Source of the DNA: a virus
Lineage: Duplodnaviria; Caudoviricetes
Strand: one strand, 5' to 3'
Virus record (IMG/VR): IMGVR_UViG_3300018063_000039
Span: 1 to 26,857 of that record
DNA: 26,857 nucleotides
The notes under the pieces are model-generated. The model was not told the origin of the DNA. It saw nothing but the letters and a program-made list of their open reading frames with translations, and ran no database searches. Below are positions 23,444 to 26,857 of this stretch, one piece after another (position 1 is the stretch's first letter; each line of letters opens with the position of its first letter). The position numbers and the translations under genes were made by a program.

Positions 23444-25897
23444 ATGACCGACCATCACCAAGGATCGATAACGCGCCGGCTGGCGCTAGGCTTACTCCTC
23501 TTCTGCTGCGTCATCTTGGCCCCGAACAGCGGCCAAACCACCCTCTCGAATACCACCAACCGCGTCGTGTACTCCGGCAATGGGACCTCCACCGCCTTTG
23601 CCGTGGCCTTCCCCTTCCATGCCCAAGCCGATCTCGTCGTGATTGAAACCATCGTGGCCACCGGCATCCAAACCACGAAAGCCCTCACGACGCACTATAC
23701 CATTAGTGGGACCACCGACGCCCTCGGCCACTATATCAATGGCGGGACGGTCACGGCCCTGGTCGCGCCCGCCAGTACCGTGACGTGGACCATCTATCGC
23801 GACCCGGTGCGCACCCAACTCTTAGACCTCACGGAAAACGGCGATCTGCCGGCGGAAAACCTGGAATCCAAGCTCGATTACGTGACGATGCTGTCGCAGC
23901 GGCAGGCCGATCTCGTCGGACGCACGGTGCGCCAGCCAGACGGGGATACCACTGCCATCATCCCGATGCCGTCGAAGGTAGAACGGGCAAGTAAGTATCT
24001 CGGCTTTAATAGTGCGGGTGATCCGCAAGCGGTGGATCAGCCCGGTGGCGGAGCCTTCAATGGCGTCGTCATTGCCACGGGCACCATTACTGGAAGCACG
24101 CTCGCGGATCGGTTTGCCAGAGCGGTGAATGTTAAAGATGGGGCGGCGATTGGCAATGGCGTAGCCGACGACCGGGCCGCGTTTGCGGCTACGGATGCCT
24201 ATACCACCGGCACCATCACCTGTAGCGCCGGCACCTACCTGATTAACTCGAATCTCACCATCACCAGCCCCGTGCTGTTCATGGACGGGTGCCTCCTCAA
24301 GCCCGCCTCCGGGGTAACGATCACCCTCAATGGCGGGGTGATGAGTTCACAAACACAGCAACTGTTTGACCTCTCCGCAGGTGGCGGCAGTATCGTCCTG
24401 ATTAAGGGACAAGTGTTGCGGCCTGAGTGGTGGGGGGCACAGCCAGGGAATAGTGGGTTCAATTCAGACAGCACGGTGCTAGCGGCCCTCATATCCTGCG
24501 CCACCATCACCCAATGTGACGGCGTGTATCTGTCGGGTCGTTATTACATAGGGTCACGCCTCACGGTGTCGTCCACGCGCGCGTTCCCCGTCTTCGGCAA
24601 CGGCCCAGAAGTCAGCGCACTCATCTTTACCGCAGCGGCATCGGGATTGGGACTGAACGCGGATAACGATGGGACATCGGGACCGTGGACGGTTCGTGAT
24701 TTTGGCCTCTACACGAAATTTGCTGGGAACACTGGACCGGGGCTCACATTAGGGTACACCAGCTCAGCCAGTGGCAACGCTGCCGGGAGCATCATCGACA
24801 ATGTGGATGTATCCTACGACCCACGGGAGGGGACCACAGCGTATTACTGGAATGCGGGCATCGAACTCATCAATGCTGGCGGGGTCCGTATCTACGGTTC
24901 CGTGCTCATAGGCAGATCCACCACGTTTGATGGGAACGGGATACTCATTACCGGGAACTGCACGCCGGGTCCCAAAATCATTGCCGCACGGTTCCACCGT
25001 TGGAATAAAGCGATCACGAAGGGCACCGCAGCCAGTGATGCCACGGAAGGCACGACGCTTGTTAACGTGAACATGGTTGCCGTCAACTATGGCGTCTACA
25101 TGGATAGCTCCGCCGCTGGGGGTACACCAGGCATACAAGTGCTCGGTGGGCATATCTCCTCCAATCTGGGTGGGGTTGTGGGAATTAACGCGAATCAGAT
25201 CAATGTGCATGGGGTGCTGTTTTACCGCATGTCCGATGCGACAGGGACCTACAACGACATAAGCCTGACTAATAGCACGACGTTTTCGGTGTACGGAAAC
25301 ATTGTGGGCACCACGGGCACATCCGGCACCGAGACGTTCCTCAATATAGTGAACAGTACCTACGGCACAATTGACGGGAACACGATTCAAGGCCCTGCGG
25401 GCAAACGTGCGGTCGGGGTGAATCTTGACAGTATCAGCCAGTTCCATGTGGTGGGGCCAAGTAATCAATGGAACGGGGCCTCCATAGCCGTCGTCACGGC
25501 CAAGACGGACCCGCGTGATAATCCTGTAGTTATAATTCCAGTTCGTATCTTTACGCAAACGACCACTGCCACGACTGGAACGGTGAGTCCGTCTGTCACG
25601 TTAGGCGACGCCACCACGTACCATGTTGAGGTGCGGCTCACAGCGGTGAAAAGCGACGGGACCCAACGCGCCAGCTACCATATCCTAGGGACGTTTTACC
25701 GCACGGCGGCAGGGGCGGCGGTCCAACAGGGTGCGACCACGGTGCTGCATACGGTGGAGTCGGATGCGGCATGGACTGCGGTATTTGACGTGAGTGGCAA
25801 TGATGTGCGGGTGCGCGTGACGGGTGTGGCCGCGACGACGATTGCCTGGTATGGCGAGATGATCGTGACGCAAGTCAAGGAGTCGGCAGCACCATAA
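23444..25897 (+). CDS. Tail fibre/tailspike: T7 gp17-like anchoring domain, pectate-lyase-like beta-helix and C-terminal beta domain, preceded by a signal-peptide-like segment
   Basis: NRVVYSGNGTSTAFAVAFPF...ENLESKLDYVTMLSQ anchor; VNVKDGAAIGNGVADDRAAF and PEWWGA beta-helix caps; Gly/Asn/Thr-rich body. Confidence 0.88.
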   Translation: MTDHHQGSITRRLALGLLLFCCVILAPNSGQTTLSNTTNRVVYSGNGTSTAFAVAFPFHAQADLVVIETIVATGIQTTKALTTHYTISGTTDALGHYINGGTVTALVAPASTVTWTIYRDPVRTQLLDLTENGDLPAENLESKLDYVTMLSQRQADLVGRTVRQPDGDTTAIIPMPSKVERASKYLGFNSAGDPQAVDQPGGGAFNGVVIATGTITGSTLADRFARAVNVKDGAAIGNGVADDRAAFAATDAYTTGTITCSAGTYLINSNLTITSPVLFMDGCLLKPASGVTITLNGGVMSSQTQQLFDLSAGGGSIVLIKGQVLRPEWWGAQPGNSGFNSDSTVLAALISCATITQCDGVYLSGRYYIGSRLTVSSTRAFPVFGNGPEVSALIFTAAASGLGLNADNDGTSGPWTVRDFGLYTKFAGNTGPGLTLGYTSSASGNAAGSIIDNVDVSYDPREGTTAYYWNAGIELINAGGVRIYGSVLIGRSTTFDGNGILITGNCTPGPKIIAARFHRWNKAITKGTAASDATEGTTLVNVNMVAVNYGVYMDSSAAGGTPGIQVLGGHISSNLGGVVGINANQINVHGVLFYRMSDATGTYNDISLTNSTTFSVYGNIVGTTGTSGTETFLNIVNSTYGTIDGNTIQGPAGKRAVGVNLDSISQFHVVGPSNQWNGASIAVVTAKTDPRDNPVVIIPVRIFTQTTTATTGTVSPSVTLGDATTYHVEVRLTAVKSDGTQRASYHILGTFYRTAAGAAVQQGATTVLHTVESDAAWTAVFDVSGNDVRVRVTGVAATTIAWYGEMIVTQVKESAAP

Positions 25898-25962
25898 GTG
25901 GGGCGGGAACGTGACGAAGTTCTGGTGTATCGAGGAATAACCAGTATACAGAGGAGCCTATT

Positions 25963-26469
25963 ATGAACGCCAAAACGGTTCTAGCCGTAATTACCGCTGA
26001 AGCGGATAAACTGAAGCACCTGACAGAAGCCAAGGAAGTTTTGACTTATCTGGCCGACCTGGAGACCCACGAAGCGGCCAGCAAGCAACGGGCTGAAAAG
26101 GCGGTGCAGGACGCCGCGAAGATCGAACAGGAGGCGAAGGCCCGCCTGGAGTCGGCCAATCGCAAGCTCGACGCCGCGAACAACGAAGGGACGGCGATTG
26201 TGGAGCGGGCGAGACGCGACGGCGAGCGCCATTTGGCGGCGGTGGTGGAGCAGGGCAAGAAACTCAAAGTGGACCATGAAGCGGAATTCGATAAACTCGT
26301 GCGGGACCTCGCCGTGAAGCGCACGGAGAAGCAGACACTTGACGCAGAACTGGTCGCGGTGCGCGCCGCCATTGAGGAGGCAAAGAGCACGCTCGCCACG
26401 GCCAGGAAAGCGGTGGTCGATCGAGACCGCGTGCTCGGACGGTCGCAGGCACTGAAAGCGGACGCCTGA
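25963..26469 (+). CDS. Coiled-coil hypothetical protein (168 aa)
   Basis: GAGGAG SD; Ala/Glu/Lys/Arg-rich helical composition. Confidence 0.8.
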   Translation: MNAKTVLAVITAEADKLKHLTEAKEVLTYLADLETHEAASKQRAEKAVQDAAKIEQEAKARLESANRKLDAANNEGTAIVERARRDGERHLAAVVEQGKKLKVDHEAEFDKLVRDLAVKRTEKQTLDAELVAVRAAIEEAKSTLATARKAVVDRDRVLGRSQALKADA

Positions 26470-26857
26470 TGGCCACGATCACCCCCACCATCGAAGACGA
26501 ATGCACGGGCGTACGTATCTACACCTGGGCTGGCGTCGTCCAGGGCGACACCCTCACGGCGGTCAATCCGTTGGGGGGCTTTGCGGATCGCAGCGTGCAG
26601 ATAGCCGGGACGCCTGGCGCGGGGCTGACGATTGACGTGCAAGGGAGCAACGAGCGGATCAATGGTACGCAATGGGCCGGATTGCGCAATCCCGCAGTGG
26701 TACGGCTGAATACCCTGTTCACGACGGCGCTGTTGGCCAGTGGGGATATTCAGCAAATCCTCGAAGCGACGCAACAGGTACGCGTAGTCCTCACGGGAGG
26801 CGATGGCACCACGACCTTGACGATTCGGCTGCGGTGTGAAGCCTCGACGAGGCGATA
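26469..26857 (+). CDS. Beta-rich putative virion protein (129 codons, MATITPTIEDECTG...; window ends at TA, possibly the stop)
   Basis: Manually translated, open to the edge; TGATG coupling; DRSVQIAGTPGAG...VQGSN...W..LRNP pattern seen in phage tail-region proteins (from recall). Confidence 0.75.
   Translation, partial: MATITPTIEDECTGVRIYTWAGVVQGDTLTAVNPLGGFADRSVQIAGTPGAGLTIDVQGSNERINGTQWAGLRNPAVVRLNTLFTTALLASGDIQQILEATQQVRVVLTGGDGTTTLTIRLRCEASTRR

Noticed and set aside
25963-26469. Spanin or holin call for the coiled-coil protein
   Set aside because: No transmembrane segment or lipobox, and no adjacent endolysin in the window
23444-26857. Diversity-generating retroelement, suggested by the BPP-1-like architecture
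   Set aside because: No reverse transcriptase and no VR/TR repeat pair seen in this window

Overview
The window is part of a dsDNA tailed phage or prophage with a podovirus-type (BPP-1/T7-like) virion module. Positions 1-2246 hold a leftward cluster of small accessory genes, including DUF2786-like and DUF1419-like proteins and two short membrane proteins. A divergent, repeat- and hairpin-rich control region follows (about 2250-2730). The rightward late region then runs: small terminase, three small ORFs, large terminase, three short related pre-portal proteins, portal, Bbp19-like protein, scaffold, major capsid, a LAGLIDADG homing endonuclease, cement protein, tail adaptor, tail nozzle, GNAT-like protein, an HNH endonuclease, three internal (ejection) proteins, a beta-helical tailspike, a coiled-coil protein and a final beta-rich protein cut at the edge. 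Most notable: (i) the tailspike has its own promoter and an apparent signal peptide in front of its virion-anchoring domain; (ii) the largest ejection protein carries an ADP-ribosyltransferase-like insert plus an LPD38-like domain; (iii) the capsid 3' end can pair with the SD of the downstream homing endonuclease; (iv) several structured non-coding elements. All family assignments come from motif recall and synteny, not database searches. No rRNA, tRNA, CRISPR array, integrase or lysis gene was recognised, and the host cannot be determined from this window.
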